From positions 179,558 through 243,557 of the forward strand of contig CAYOAM010000001.1 in the NCBI GenBank assembly GCA_964402035.1: a stretch of DNA of 64,000 nt. The letters are read 5' to 3'. Below, in pieces: positions 9,854 through 20,200 of this stretch; position 1 is the stretch's first letter; each line of letters begins with the position of its first letter. The stretch is from an uncultured Candidatus Saccharibacteria bacterium (GTDB lineage Bacteria > Patescibacteriota > Minisyncoccia > Phycocordibacterales > UBA918). The notes under the pieces are model-generated. The model had not been told where the DNA came from. It saw nothing but the letters and a program-made list of their open reading frames with translations, and did not search any database. The translations under genes and the position numbers were made by a program.

Positions 9854-10345
9854 ATGGATAGACAAACAGTACTACTCATCGTTGCATTATTTGTCGCTAT
9901 CGTTGCGGGTATGTTTATTTTTTCATATATCAACAGAGCGGACACTGATACGGTCACTCCGCCTGTCACCGTTACACCTGAAGTGCCGGCACCAGTAGAC
10001 AATGGTCTTTTTGCTCGAATCGATGCAAAGCATTTTTACTCAGCATCGCTTGGGCTGCATACGGTAGCGGGAGAGCTCCCGATGCCAACGCCGTGTGATC
10101 TTCTTAATACCAATACGGTGTTGCTCGATGACGGTAAACGAGCAGTGATTTCGTTTGATGTGATCAATAACTCTGAAGGACTTTGTGCGCAAGTCATCAC
10201 TCCACAACGTTTCAAGGCAACATTTAAGGCATCAAAGGATATTAAAATAGAGGCTGTCCATCAAGGGAAACAGATCCCCCTCAATCTGATTGAGGCAGGG
10301 AAGGATGAAGATCCAGCGGATTTTGAATTGTTCCTGAAAGGATAG
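9854..10345 (+). CDS. Hypothetical membrane-anchored protein
   Basis: N-terminal TM; conserved-looking MPTPCD and CAQVIT Cys pair. Confidence 0.6.
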   Translation: MDRQTVLLIVALFVAIVAGMFIFSYINRADTDTVTPPVTVTPEVPAPVDNGLFARIDAKHFYSASLGLHTVAGELPMPTPCDLLNTNTVLLDDGKRAVISFDVINNSEGLCAQVITPQRFKATFKASKDIKIEAVHQGKQIPLNLIEAGKDEDPADFELFLKG

Positions 10346-10358
10346 GGCGCTTGTATAG

Positions 10359-10401
10359 AAACCGCCGCATAAAACCGCATAGCGGTTTTATGCGGCGGTT
10401 T
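10359..10401. terminator. Perfect 20-bp-stem hairpin (terminator or palindromic element)
   Basis: aaaccgccgcataaaaccgc-ata-gcggttttatgcggcggttt. Confidence 0.7.
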
Positions 10402-10421
10402 TGTGTATTACAATACTCACT

Positions 10422-10970
10422 GTGGACACTACTTCAAAAATAACCGCTCTCGTGATCGTTGGTATTGCCCTTGGCATGTTTTCGGTTGCGGCGATTTTTC
10501 ACTATTGGTCACGTACACAAGAGCGCCTTGCGGCATCAGATTTTAGCAAAACATTGCAGGTGGTGGGTCAAAGCTCCTTACAAACGCTCGATGGAAAACC
10601 ATTTGACTTACGGGAGTATGCGGGAAGAGAGGTTGCAATATTTTTTTGGGCAAGCTGGTGTCCGTCATGTGGAGAAGAAATAGCTGCACTTTCACGGATT
10701 GTAGCAGAACATCCACATACGATCCCACTCATTGCTATAAACAGGAAAGAGACGCTCGATCTGGCAAAGGACTACTTACTGCATGTTGGAATTTCTAATG
10801 ACATCACGTACGTAGTAAGTGATAGTGATGACATCTATGCTTCGGTAGGTGGATTTGCGATGCCCGAACTAGTAATTTTTGGTACCGATGGTACGGTACA
10901 AGTACAGCGGCATGGTGTTTCAACCGAAGAGGAGTTACGTAGTCTGCTTGCACCATATCGCACACCATAA
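10422..10970 (+). CDS. TlpA/ResA-family thiol-disulfide oxidoreductase
   Basis: N-terminal TM; FWASWCPSC motif; GGFAMPE cis-Pro loop. Confidence 0.85.
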   Translation: MDTTSKITALVIVGIALGMFSVAAIFHYWSRTQERLAASDFSKTLQVVGQSSLQTLDGKPFDLREYAGREVAIFFWASWCPSCGEEIAALSRIVAEHPHTIPLIAINRKETLDLAKDYLLHVGISNDITYVVSDSDDIYASVGGFAMPELVIFGTDGTVQVQRHGVSTEEELRSLLAPYRTP

Positions 10971-10985
10971 GCTAACAATATATAT

Positions 10986-12269
10986 ATGACACCTTTTGAA
11001 CAAATTCGCCTTCACATACAAGGAGCTGCTGAAGCAATTGGTATGTCGAGTGCTGAACGCACCATCTTTGAAACACCAGAACATAGCATTGAAAAAAAAT
11101 TGGTCGTTACGAAAAAAGATGGTACCGAGATGACGCTCGATGCGTATCGCGTGCAGTTTAACAATGCGCGCGGGCCGTACAAGGGGGGCATACGCTTTCA
11201 TCCAAAGGCTGATGTTGAAGAAGTGAAGGCTCTCGCTGCCGCGATGGCGGTGAAATGTGCTGTTGTTGGTATCCCGTTTGGTGGCGCCAAAGGCGGGGTT
11301 ACGTTTGACCCAAAGGCAGAAAATGCTGATACGATCGAGCGTGTAGCGCGCGCATATGCCCGCACATTTGCAGACCATATTGGTGTTGATACCGATATTC
11401 CAGCGCCCGACGTCTATACCAATCCCGAGATCATGGCGTATATGCTTGATGAGTATGAAAAAACCGTGGGGCATAGTGAGCCCGGTATGATTACGGGAAA
11501 ACCGATTATACTTGGAGGAAGTGCGGGGCGCGATATTGCAACAGCACAAGGTGGTGTCTATATTCTGGAAGAATTTTTAAAAACAAATGGTAAGGTTCCG
11601 AAAGATATTAGTATTGCAATCCAAGGGTTCGGCAATGCAGGAGCTACGATGGCGGAGCTTCTCTATGATCTTGGGTATACCATTGTGGCAGTGTCTGATA
11701 GTAAGGGGACATTATATGCTCCAAAAGGCTTAAATCCGCACACGGTACTTGCGGCAAAACATGCAGGCGATTCAGTTGTATCACTGTATTGCAAAGGTTC
11801 GGTATGTGATGATGCTGCACTTCTACGTGACGAGGTGTCGGTACTTGCGCCCGATGCCGTACTATCGTTGGCAGTTGATGTACTTATTCCTGCGGCACTT
11901 GATAATCAAATTCATAAAGATAACGTCGGTGCTGTGCATGCAACATGTATCCTTGAGCTAGCAAATAATCCGGTCACTCCTGAGGCTGACGCGCTACTCA
12001 AAGATAGAGGTGTAGTTGTTATTCCAGACGTGCTCGCAAATGCTGGTGGGGTTACCGTTTCGTATTTGGAATGGGTGCAAAATCGTCAAGGGTATTATTT
12101 TACAAAAGATGATGTACTAGAGCGGATGAAAAACATTATGGTTACTGCGTATCATGCAGTAGAGGGGGAAGTCGCAAAAAGTTCGACGAGTTTTAGAGAA
12201 GCAGCATACCGGATCGGCGTTGCCCGAATACATGAAGCAATGAGAGTACGGGGACGCTATCGGGTCTAG
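10986..12269 (+). CDS. gdhA: Glu/Leu/Phe/Val dehydrogenase (glutamate dehydrogenase)
   Basis: RGPYKGGIRFHP, GGAKGG, DIPAPD, QGFGNAG, PDVLANAGGVTVSY. Confidence 0.92.
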   Translation: MTPFEQIRLHIQGAAEAIGMSSAERTIFETPEHSIEKKLVVTKKDGTEMTLDAYRVQFNNARGPYKGGIRFHPKADVEEVKALAAAMAVKCAVVGIPFGGAKGGVTFDPKAENADTIERVARAYARTFADHIGVDTDIPAPDVYTNPEIMAYMLDEYEKTVGHSEPGMITGKPIILGGSAGRDIATAQGGVYILEEFLKTNGKVPKDISIAIQGFGNAGATMAELLYDLGYTIVAVSDSKGTLYAPKGLNPHTVLAAKHAGDSVVSLYCKGSVCDDAALLRDEVSVLAPDAVLSLAVDVLIPAALDNQIHKDNVGAVHATCILELANNPVTPEADALLKDRGVVVIPDVLANAGGVTVSYLEWVQNRQGYYFTKDDVLERMKNIMVTAYHAVEGEVAKSSTSFREAAYRIGVARIHEAMRVRGRYRV

Positions 12270-12449
12270 AGGGACTTCAACGGCCTAATAATGGCTCATT
12301 TGAGCCGATATTTGTGGCTTTTTGGCCATGTGGACAACTATCGTTGTATATGGTACAATACAAACAGACTAGTTAAGAAATTTTTGAGAAACCGGAAAAT
12401 ATCCAACTGTATCCTCGTCAGATACAGTCCGTTTCTCAACAATTTCTAT

Positions 12450-12611
12450 ATGCGTATAAATCGCGCAATTGGCTTGATCATTTTCTTGTTGATCGCCAAA
12501 GTACTTTTAGCGGATGTTTTTGTCGCTTTCTCCCGTTCTATCGTCGCTACGATGGGAACCGTTGAGACAGCGTCGCAGACGGCTACCGCTACGATGCTGG
12601 AGCATCGCTAA
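12450..12611 (+). CDS. Small membrane peptide
   Basis: MRINRAIGLIIFLLIAKVLL...; followed by a terminator hairpin. Confidence 0.45.
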   Translation: MRINRAIGLIIFLLIAKVLLADVFVAFSRSIVATMGTVETASQTATATMLEHR

Positions 12612-12628
12612 AACTCCACAAAGGGTTC

Positions 12629-12655
12629 AAGGGCCAAGCATTCGCTTGGCCTTTT
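12629..12655 (+). terminator. Rho-independent terminator
   Basis: ggccaagc-attc-gcttggcc followed by tttt. Confidence 0.7.
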
Positions 12656-12674
12656 GTTGTAGTATACTAATAGT

Positions 12675-13712
12675 ATGAAAAACAGATATCCTGAATATAT
12701 TTTCTTTTTCGGACTATTTGCAATCGTGAGTTATGTCATGTGGCAGATCTTCACTCCTTTTATCAGCACATTTGCGCTGGCTGTTATCATTGCAACTGTG
12801 TGCTATCCGCTCTATGCGCGCTTACTTAAGATTGTTCCCCGCAACAGTCCAACCGGCGCAGCATTGCTTTCCGTATTGATTATTGCGGTGACTATTTTTG
12901 TACCACTTTTTATTGTGGGGTATATGCTTTTTACCGAAGCAGTTTCGTTTTATGAGACGGTCAATGTGGGTGGTAGTAGTGGTTTTTCAAGCCAGATCTT
13001 AGTGCTTGAAAAAATGCTTGGCACGCTGTTGCCGGGGTATTCTATTGATGTTGCTGATATTGTACGACAAGGTGCAGGTTGGGTTGCCTCTCATATGGGT
13101 TCGATTTTTGCAGGGACTGCGTCAACAATCTTTATGCTGTTTATGGTGTTGGTGTCCCTATTCTATCTTTTGCGCGACGGGGCAGAGTTTGCGCAAAAGC
13201 TGATCCGTCTCAGCCCGCTCCAAGACGTACACGATATCTATATTATTGAAAAGCTTGCCACAGCTATTCGCTCGGTCGTACTTGGTACGCTCGTGGTTGC
13301 GCTGATACAGGGGGTCTTAACATCGATCGGGTTTACTATTTTTGGCATAAACCAAGCGGTCTTGTGGGGTAGTGTTGCGGCGATTGGTGCGCTGATTCCT
13401 GGTGTGGGCACAAGCCTTGTCTTTATCGTTGTAGTCGCGTTTTCAGTCTTTAATGGTGCCTACCTAACTGCAGGTTTGCTTACAGCATGGGGGGTTTTTG
13501 CTGTCGGCCTCATAGACAATTTTCTTGGTCCATACCTTATGAGTCGCGGTGCAGCATTGCATCCGTTTGCTGTCCTAGTATCTGTCTTGGGCGGTATTGG
13601 AGTATTTGGACCAGCAGGATTTCTTATTGGACCCGTGATTTTGAGTTTCTTTATTGTGCTTTTGGAACTCTATACCACGCATATGCGTGATACCGAAAAA
13701 CATGCACGATAG
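12675..13712 (+). CDS. AI-2E family transporter
   Basis: Multi-TM; LFYLLRDG, ALIQG, IPGVG, IDNFLGP, FGPAGFLIGP. Confidence 0.9.
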   Translation: MKNRYPEYIFFFGLFAIVSYVMWQIFTPFISTFALAVIIATVCYPLYARLLKIVPRNSPTGAALLSVLIIAVTIFVPLFIVGYMLFTEAVSFYETVNVGGSSGFSSQILVLEKMLGTLLPGYSIDVADIVRQGAGWVASHMGSIFAGTASTIFMLFMVLVSLFYLLRDGAEFAQKLIRLSPLQDVHDIYIIEKLATAIRSVVLGTLVVALIQGVLTSIGFTIFGINQAVLWGSVAAIGALIPGVGTSLVFIVVVAFSVFNGAYLTAGLLTAWGVFAVGLIDNFLGPYLMSRGAALHPFAVLVSVLGGIGVFGPAGFLIGPVILSFFIVLLELYTTHMRDTEKHAR

Positions 13713-14124
13713 AAATTCACTTTTAGCTTTTTTTCGAGTCAACGGTATTTCTGCGGATGTACCCAAAGACACTATTACTGAGTCACTCAGAAATATTGGA
13801 TGGAGCGAATCTGAAATAAACAATGCACACCAGGTACTTGGGGGAGCGGACGCACATCCGACCGTATCTACAGCCGATGTAGCTACTGCGTATGATCTAG
13901 GGCTCTCATATTCTTCGACACAAGTCTCGAGCCTCCTTGGTATTCATGTTCAGATTGATCCATCAGTGGTACGCTCCAATGAGGAACACCAGGCTGCTCG
14001 TGGAAATCATATCTATGCGTTCTTGGGTACCTGCGCAATAGTGATACTATCGCTCGCCATCGCTGTTGGTGCTGGTACCGCTGCAGCGTATGTGTTTGAG
14101 GTTGGGCCTTTTTTGGGGAAGTAA
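13702..14124 (+). CDS. Hypothetical protein with C-terminal TM
   Basis: ORF overlapping the AI-2E stop; ITESLRNIGWSESEINNA small helical domain. Confidence 0.55.
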   Translation: MHDRNSLLAFFRVNGISADVPKDTITESLRNIGWSESEINNAHQVLGGADAHPTVSTADVATAYDLGLSYSSTQVSSLLGIHVQIDPSVVRSNEEHQAARGNHIYAFLGTCAIVILSLAIAVGAGTAAAYVFEVGPFLGK

Positions 14125-14163
14125 CTTGTTCTTTTTCTTCTCTCTGCGTATGATGCCTACCAC

Positions 14164-15219
14164 ATGATACGTCGTTTTGAATATGCTTTTTTACTATGTC
14201 TCTGTGCGACACTGTCTGCCGTTTTTTTTATGCGTACGATACCGTATGCGCCGCTACAGGTTGCTTCGTTTATTTCTTCGCAGCAAAAAATTGTCGAGTC
14301 AAAACCGATTCTTTTTACCGGTGATGTTATGTTGGCTCGACACGTAGAGGTACATATGGACGAAAAAGGTCGCGCATACCCATTTGCATTGATCCGTGAT
14401 TTTTTGGAAAAGTACCCGTACGTGGTGGGGAATTTTGAGGCTGCCATTGCAAAGGTGCATGTTGCGACACCCGATATGACGATGCGATTTTCAGTGGATG
14501 CTTTTTTGGCATCGATTTTACCTGATGTTGGCTTTACGCACATCACACTAGCAAACAATCATGCATATGATTTTGGCAAAAGTGGTCTTGCGGAAACAAA
14601 GAGGATTCTCTCGGATCTCGGGCTATCTGTCGGTGGTCATCCATCGACCATGAGTATTGACGATGTGCTGTATATAGACGCCGACGGACTCACGGTAGCT
14701 ATTGTGCCGATTCATGCGACTGTGGCAGCACCCGATCATGCCGTACTGGACGATATATTTGTCACCACAGCTTCTTCGTCCGATATGCAGATCGCATATA
14801 TACATTGGGGTGTTGAGTATCAAGAAAAACCGTCACCACACCAAGTAGACTTGGCTCATACACTGGTGGCGCTCGGTGCTGATGCTGTCATAGGACACCA
14901 TCCTCATGTAGTTCAAAGTATTGAGATGCATCACGGCGTTCCGATTTTTTATTCTCTGGGTAACTTTATTTTTGATCAATACTGGAATCGAGATGTACAA
15001 ACGGGACTTTTGATTTCCCTTGCACGAATTGGCGATACTATTCAATTTACATTGTTTCCCATCGAGAGTACCGATAGCGTGCCTTCACTTGCAGTGGATG
15101 AAGTCCGCTTGCGCGCTTTAGAAGATTTGTCTGTGATAAGTGATTCGTCACTAACAGCCTCAATCAAGAGTGGCGTCCTTACAATACCTATGTCTGTTCT
15201 TGCGTCTCGGCCGCAATAA
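14164..15219 (+). CDS. CapA/PGA_cap family metallophosphatase-fold protein
   Basis: GDVMLAR, GNFE, LANNHAYDFG, HWGVEY, GHHPHV, YSLGNFIFDQ. Confidence 0.9.
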   Translation: MIRRFEYAFLLCLCATLSAVFFMRTIPYAPLQVASFISSQQKIVESKPILFTGDVMLARHVEVHMDEKGRAYPFALIRDFLEKYPYVVGNFEAAIAKVHVATPDMTMRFSVDAFLASILPDVGFTHITLANNHAYDFGKSGLAETKRILSDLGLSVGGHPSTMSIDDVLYIDADGLTVAIVPIHATVAAPDHAVLDDIFVTTASSSDMQIAYIHWGVEYQEKPSPHQVDLAHTLVALGADAVIGHHPHVVQSIEMHHGVPIFYSLGNFIFDQYWNRDVQTGLLISLARIGDTIQFTLFPIESTDSVPSLAVDEVRLRALEDLSVISDSSLTASIKSGVLTIPMSVLASRPQ

Positions 15220-15256
15220 TGCTTTTATAAGCTCTATTATTCTGTAGTCTTCACAT

Positions 15257-15790
15257 ATGGATTTCAAGCGGGATGAGTTGGTGGGCATATTTGTGAGCAT
15301 TGTCATAGCAACAGCAATTTTTGCTGTGTTACGGTTTGATATGTTCACAAAGCTTCAAACCTATATGGCCACTCCATCCGAAGTAGAAACAGTGGAGATT
15401 GATGCATCAGACGACCAGAGTGCACTCAAGGAACTTTTAACAGGAAGCTTCACGAAAAATGGAAAGATTACGAAGCTAATTATTCAAGATTCCAAGGTAG
15501 GGGATGGCGCAGTTGTGCACGAAGGGTCACGCGTTACTGTGCACTATATTGGCAAGTTGCAAGATGGAACAAAATTTGACAGTTCATACGATCGCAATGA
15601 GCCATACGTATTTACGGTAGGTGAAGGAAGTGTGATCAAAGGATGGGACACTGGTCTTTTGGGTATGAAGGTCGGAGGAGAACGCATTTTGGTTATTCCC
15701 GACAATCTTGCATATGGAAATCGCGAAGTCGGTACCATACCTCCTCGTTCGACGTTGCTATTTGCTATTGAGCTAATCAAGAGTGAGTAA
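15257..15790 (+). CDS. FKBP-type peptidyl-prolyl isomerase, membrane-anchored
   Basis: VHYIGKLQDGTKFDSSYDR, VIKGWD, GMKVGGER, AYG. Confidence 0.92.
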   Translation: MDFKRDELVGIFVSIVIATAIFAVLRFDMFTKLQTYMATPSEVETVEIDASDDQSALKELLTGSFTKNGKITKLIIQDSKVGDGAVVHEGSRVTVHYIGKLQDGTKFDSSYDRNEPYVFTVGEGSVIKGWDTGLLGMKVGGERILVIPDNLAYGNREVGTIPPRSTLLFAIELIKSE

Positions 15791-17022
15791 TGTCTACACC
15801 CGTCTCGTTCAGCGTGCAAAAAAAACTCAAAAATACACTAGGACGTGTAGGCACTATTCACACGCCACATGGTGATATTGAAACACCGGCTTTTGTCGTT
15901 GTGGGTACCAAGGCTACTGTGAAGTCGGTGAAGACTGACGATCTTGTGGAATACATAGGTAATCAATCGGTACTCGCCAACACCTATCATCTCTATTTGC
16001 AGCCGGGTCATGAGCTCGTGAAGGAAGCAGGTGGTCTGCATACCTTTATGAATTGGAAAGGACCACTTTGGACGGACTCTGGCGGATTTCAAGTGTTTTC
16101 TCTCGGAGCCGCGTTTGGCAAAGGTGTCAGCAAATTTCAAGCTGCTGAAGTCGTGACTGAGAGCGATCAGCGACCTACCGTGTATAGTCAAGAAAACGCA
16201 ATGGAGCACGGAAAACTTTGTGTAATTGATGAGGAGGGAGTGACCTTCACCTCACATATCGATGGGTCACTTCATCGCTTCACGGCAGAACGTTCAATAG
16301 AAATCCAACATGCACTCGGTGCCGACCTTATCTTTGTTTTTGATGAATGTACGTCTCCAAGTGCCGAGTATGACTATCAAAAAGAGGCACTGGAGCGTAC
16401 GATGCGGTGGAGCAAGCGCTCAATACTTGCGCACAAGCGCAACTATGATGCACTTAAAAAGCAGGGACTATACGGTATCGTCCAAGGGGGACGCTATACA
16501 GATTTGCGACAACAAAGCGCAACAGAACTTTCAAAAATGGATTTTGATGGCTATGGCATCGGGGGATCCTTTTCAAAAGAAGATCTTGGTGAGTCACTGC
16601 GAGTCGTCAATGAGATTTTGCCCGAAGAAAAACCACGGCATCTTTTGGGTATTGGAGAGCCTGAAGATATGTTTGCGGGAGTAGAGCAGGGATGCGATAC
16701 GTTTGATTGTGTGTTGCCAACACGTTTGGGGAGAAATGGTACGCTCTATACGAGCGGTGGCAAGATCGCGATCACAAACGCAGCGTACCAGCGAGACTTT
16801 GGACCCATAGATGCAACATGCGGCTGTATGGTGTGCAAAAATTATTCTCGTGCATACCTTGCGCATTTGTTTAAATCACATGAAATGGTCGGCTCTCATT
16901 TGGGATCACTCCACAACATTTATTTCATCACCACCTTAGTGCGCAATATCCGCAATGCAATACTAGAAGATCGGTACGCCGTGTTCAAAGATACCTTTTT
17001 TGCGAGGTATAGAGTGAAATAA
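15790..17022 (+). CDS. tgt: tRNA-guanine transglycosylase
   Basis: LANTYHL, TDSGGFQVFSL, GIVQGG, PRHLLGIG, DTFDCV, CGCMVC Zn site. Confidence 0.95.
   Translation: MSTPVSFSVQKKLKNTLGRVGTIHTPHGDIETPAFVVVGTKATVKSVKTDDLVEYIGNQSVLANTYHLYLQPGHELVKEAGGLHTFMNWKGPLWTDSGGFQVFSLGAAFGKGVSKFQAAEVVTESDQRPTVYSQENAMEHGKLCVIDEEGVTFTSHIDGSLHRFTAERSIEIQHALGADLIFVFDECTSPSAEYDYQKEALERTMRWSKRSILAHKRNYDALKKQGLYGIVQGGRYTDLRQQSATELSKMDFDGYGIGGSFSKEDLGESLRVVNEILPEEKPRHLLGIGEPEDMFAGVEQGCDTFDCVLPTRLGRNGTLYTSGGKIAITNAAYQRDFGPIDATCGCMVCKNYSRAYLAHLFKSHEMVGSHLGSLHNIYFITTLVRNIRNAILEDRYAVFKDTFFARYRVK
16995..17022 (+). repeat. Left direct repeat (attL-like), last 28 bp of tgt
   Basis: Identical to 31592-31619. Confidence 0.9.
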
Positions 17023-17037
17023 GTAATACTGTTTTTA

Positions 17038-17145
17038 CTGGTGGACGCCAGAATGCCCCGATGCTTGCATCGGGGATGAATGCCGCCCCGATTCCGCGCC
17101 GCTCTAAGCGGCATGCGGATCGGAAGCGCGCCCGGTGGGCGCACA
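17038..17145. repeat. Cluster of GC-rich hairpins just inside the island's left end
   Basis: ccccgatgc-tt-gcatcgggg; gccgct-cta-agcggc inside a longer stem; gcgccc-ggt-gggcgc. Confidence 0.55.
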
Positions 17146-17294
17146 CATCCAGCTAAACACCACGGTAGTTTTCCGCTAATACCACGTCAGCTCTGCTGCG
17201 GGGATCGACGGAAAACTTATTTTTACTTAGCAGTGGCACAACTTTCTTTACTTCATATAAATAGTATATATACTGATACTATTACCCTCGACAT

Positions 17295-20200
17295 ATGAAT
17301 GGTAGTAGACAATGGTGTGTATCTATCGGACAGAGTTTTAATTCAGTGTATAGAAAAACCGTGAGCATCCTGCTCGCGGTTTTTTTGTTACTCGAACCGC
17401 TCACCCCACTCTTTGCGGCAGAAGAGGTGCCACAAACAACCGACGCTCCCGCAACCACTAGTGCTCCTGTTGATACAACGCCCGTCATCACAGTACCAAG
17501 AGGTACAGAACCACCACCAGAAACCAATACTTCACAGACAGAAGACGGCGTGGAATTTAGTGTTGATGGAAAAACACCAGAGATAAAACCTCCACCAAAA
17601 GTGGAACAACCATCCGAAGATACGAAAAAGCTCGAAGAGGTAGAGCCGGAAACAGAGTCTCTCATGGGGATGGGTGGAGCAACTCAAGGTAGTGATCGTG
17701 GTCAAGTACGCCTTAGCTCAAAGATCAATGAACAGGACGGCGCATTTACGTACGACTACCCCCTTATGGTGCCTCCAGGAAGAAATGGGAGAGAACCCAG
17801 CTTAGTTCTTTCATACAATAGCAGAGGGGGAGGCGATGATGATATCTTTGGATACGGCTGGAGTATCAACATCCCTTTTATCGAGCGGGTCAACAAGGTT
17901 GGCAGCGAACAGATATTCACCCAGAGTGTTTTTTATTCCTCCCTCGGAGGTGAACTCGTACAAATAGGAAGCACGACGCAGTATCGTCCCAAAGTAGAAA
18001 CAGGAGAATTTCTAAAATATGTCTTTGCAAATGACCTCTGGAAGATCACCGATAAAAGCGGTACAGTCTACACCTTTGGGTCCACCACCTCTTCGCGCGA
18101 GGATAATGCTGCAAGTTCAACTCAGATTGCGAAATGGATGCTCGACGAGGTACGTGATACGAATGACAACTATGTAAAGTACACGTACTACAAGGCAGAC
18201 AATCGCGCGTATCCTGCGACAATCGTGTATACAGGCAGTGGGGCGACAGATGGCCCATTTTCTATTTCTTTTGTGCGTAGTACGACTACCAGCAATTCTC
18301 CCCGGTACGAAAGCGGTTTTGCCGCTACAACCACGTACCGTATTTCAGAAATTAACACTGCGGTAAGTGGCAGTTGGGTGAGAAAATATGCGCTCGCGTA
18401 TGGGGTAGGGGACAACAGTGTGCGCACACTTCTTTCAGGTATCACTGAGAGTGCACGCACCGAAGGTAGTACAGCATCAACTACCATGCCGGCAACTACG
18501 TTTACATACGAAAACACGATGAGTCAGACATGGACCGCTTCTTCATGGGCGCTTCCAGAGCCATTTACACAAAATGGCATCGACATGGGTACGCGCGATG
18601 TGGATATAAACGGTGACGGCTTTCCTGACATCATTCGTTTTTATAGAGATGCGACAGGGACTACGATCAAACGAGTGTATCTTAACAACAAGGTTGACGG
18701 CTGGACCTTGCAGAGTTCATGGGACTGGACCTACTTCACCGTACCATTTTCAGAATATTATGCAGTGGGTGACAGCAATGCGCGGAATGACAATGGTGTA
18801 CGTTTTGCGGATGTGAATGGAGACGCCTTAACTGACGTGCTCATTGGTTATGATGGAAATGGCTCGAGTGACACACAAAAAATCTATATCAACTATGGCG
18901 CCGGATGGTCGTACGATTCTTCATGGGTACTGCCTGTGTACTTCACTCGTTACTATAGCTCGCGAGTGTGGGACAACGGTGTGCGCATCGCAGATATAAA
19001 TGGTGACGGTCTTCCCGATTTAGTTTCTGCACAGTGGAATGCGTCAAGTACGCTCTCAACAGTTTTTTTGAATACCGGGAGTGGTTGGAGCACGACCACT
19101 TCATGGGTTATGCCGCGTGCATTTACTGGAGCATATGATGGTGTCCACCAAGGCAAAGACCTTGGTACACAACTAGTCGATGTGAACGGAGATGGACTTA
19201 CTGACGTGGTGCATGGGCTCAAGAGTACAATATTTGGTAACTCAAAAAATACGTATCTCAATACCGGAAGTGGTTGGGCAACAAGTACGCTATGGGACCT
19301 CCCAGACTATCTCATCTGGGCAGACGAAGCGGTGTCCGATATAGGATATCGATTTGAGGACGTCAATGGCGATGGACTTGTAGATCTTTCTATCAATAAC
19401 ACATTCGGGGGTTCGATTCCGGATGATGATATCTATATTAATACGGGTGCTGGTTGGACCAATAGTATCGGTAATTTTCCACCCTACCAGTTTGTCACAA
19501 GTACAGGAGATACAGGGGCACGCTTTATGGATGTGAATGCCGACCGTTTACCAGACGAAGTGTACGGCAACACGTCAAGTTCGACAGGGCCCGTAAGTTC
19601 CGAAGAGACCTATTTGAATCGTCGTGAAGTCGGTGACCTTCTTATCAATGTCACCGAACCGAAAGGCGGGACACTTGCCATTACCTACCAAAGCTCACAT
19701 GAGTACAGGAGTGCTGGGAGCTCGACAAATCCCTCTCTCCCATTTCCGATCACCACTGTAGCCACTACGACAAAAGATGCTGGATTCGGCACCACCGAGA
19801 CACAAGCTTATCTCTATGAAGGTGGTGACTACTGGTTTGACGCCACTCTATTTCGTGATCGTAAGTTTGCTGGATTTAGTACCATGACAAAAACTGGTCC
19901 AACTCAGAAAGAGAGAATCTATTTTCACCAAGGGAATGAGACGAATGTCACATCTGGAGAATACGCCGATGACAGTACAAAAATTGGTTTCCCATACCGC
20001 AGTGAAGTGGCCGACCTTGCTAATCGTCCCTATAAAGTCTCAACAAGTGAGTGGGTGACAAGTGACCTTGGAAGTAGCGCTTCATTTGTGAAGGAGACAC
20101 AGACGATCGATCTTGCATACGATGGAGACAGTGACTACAAAGCGCGGGCGGTGACGTATGTATACGATGACACAAACGGTCTTCTCACTACCAAAACCGA

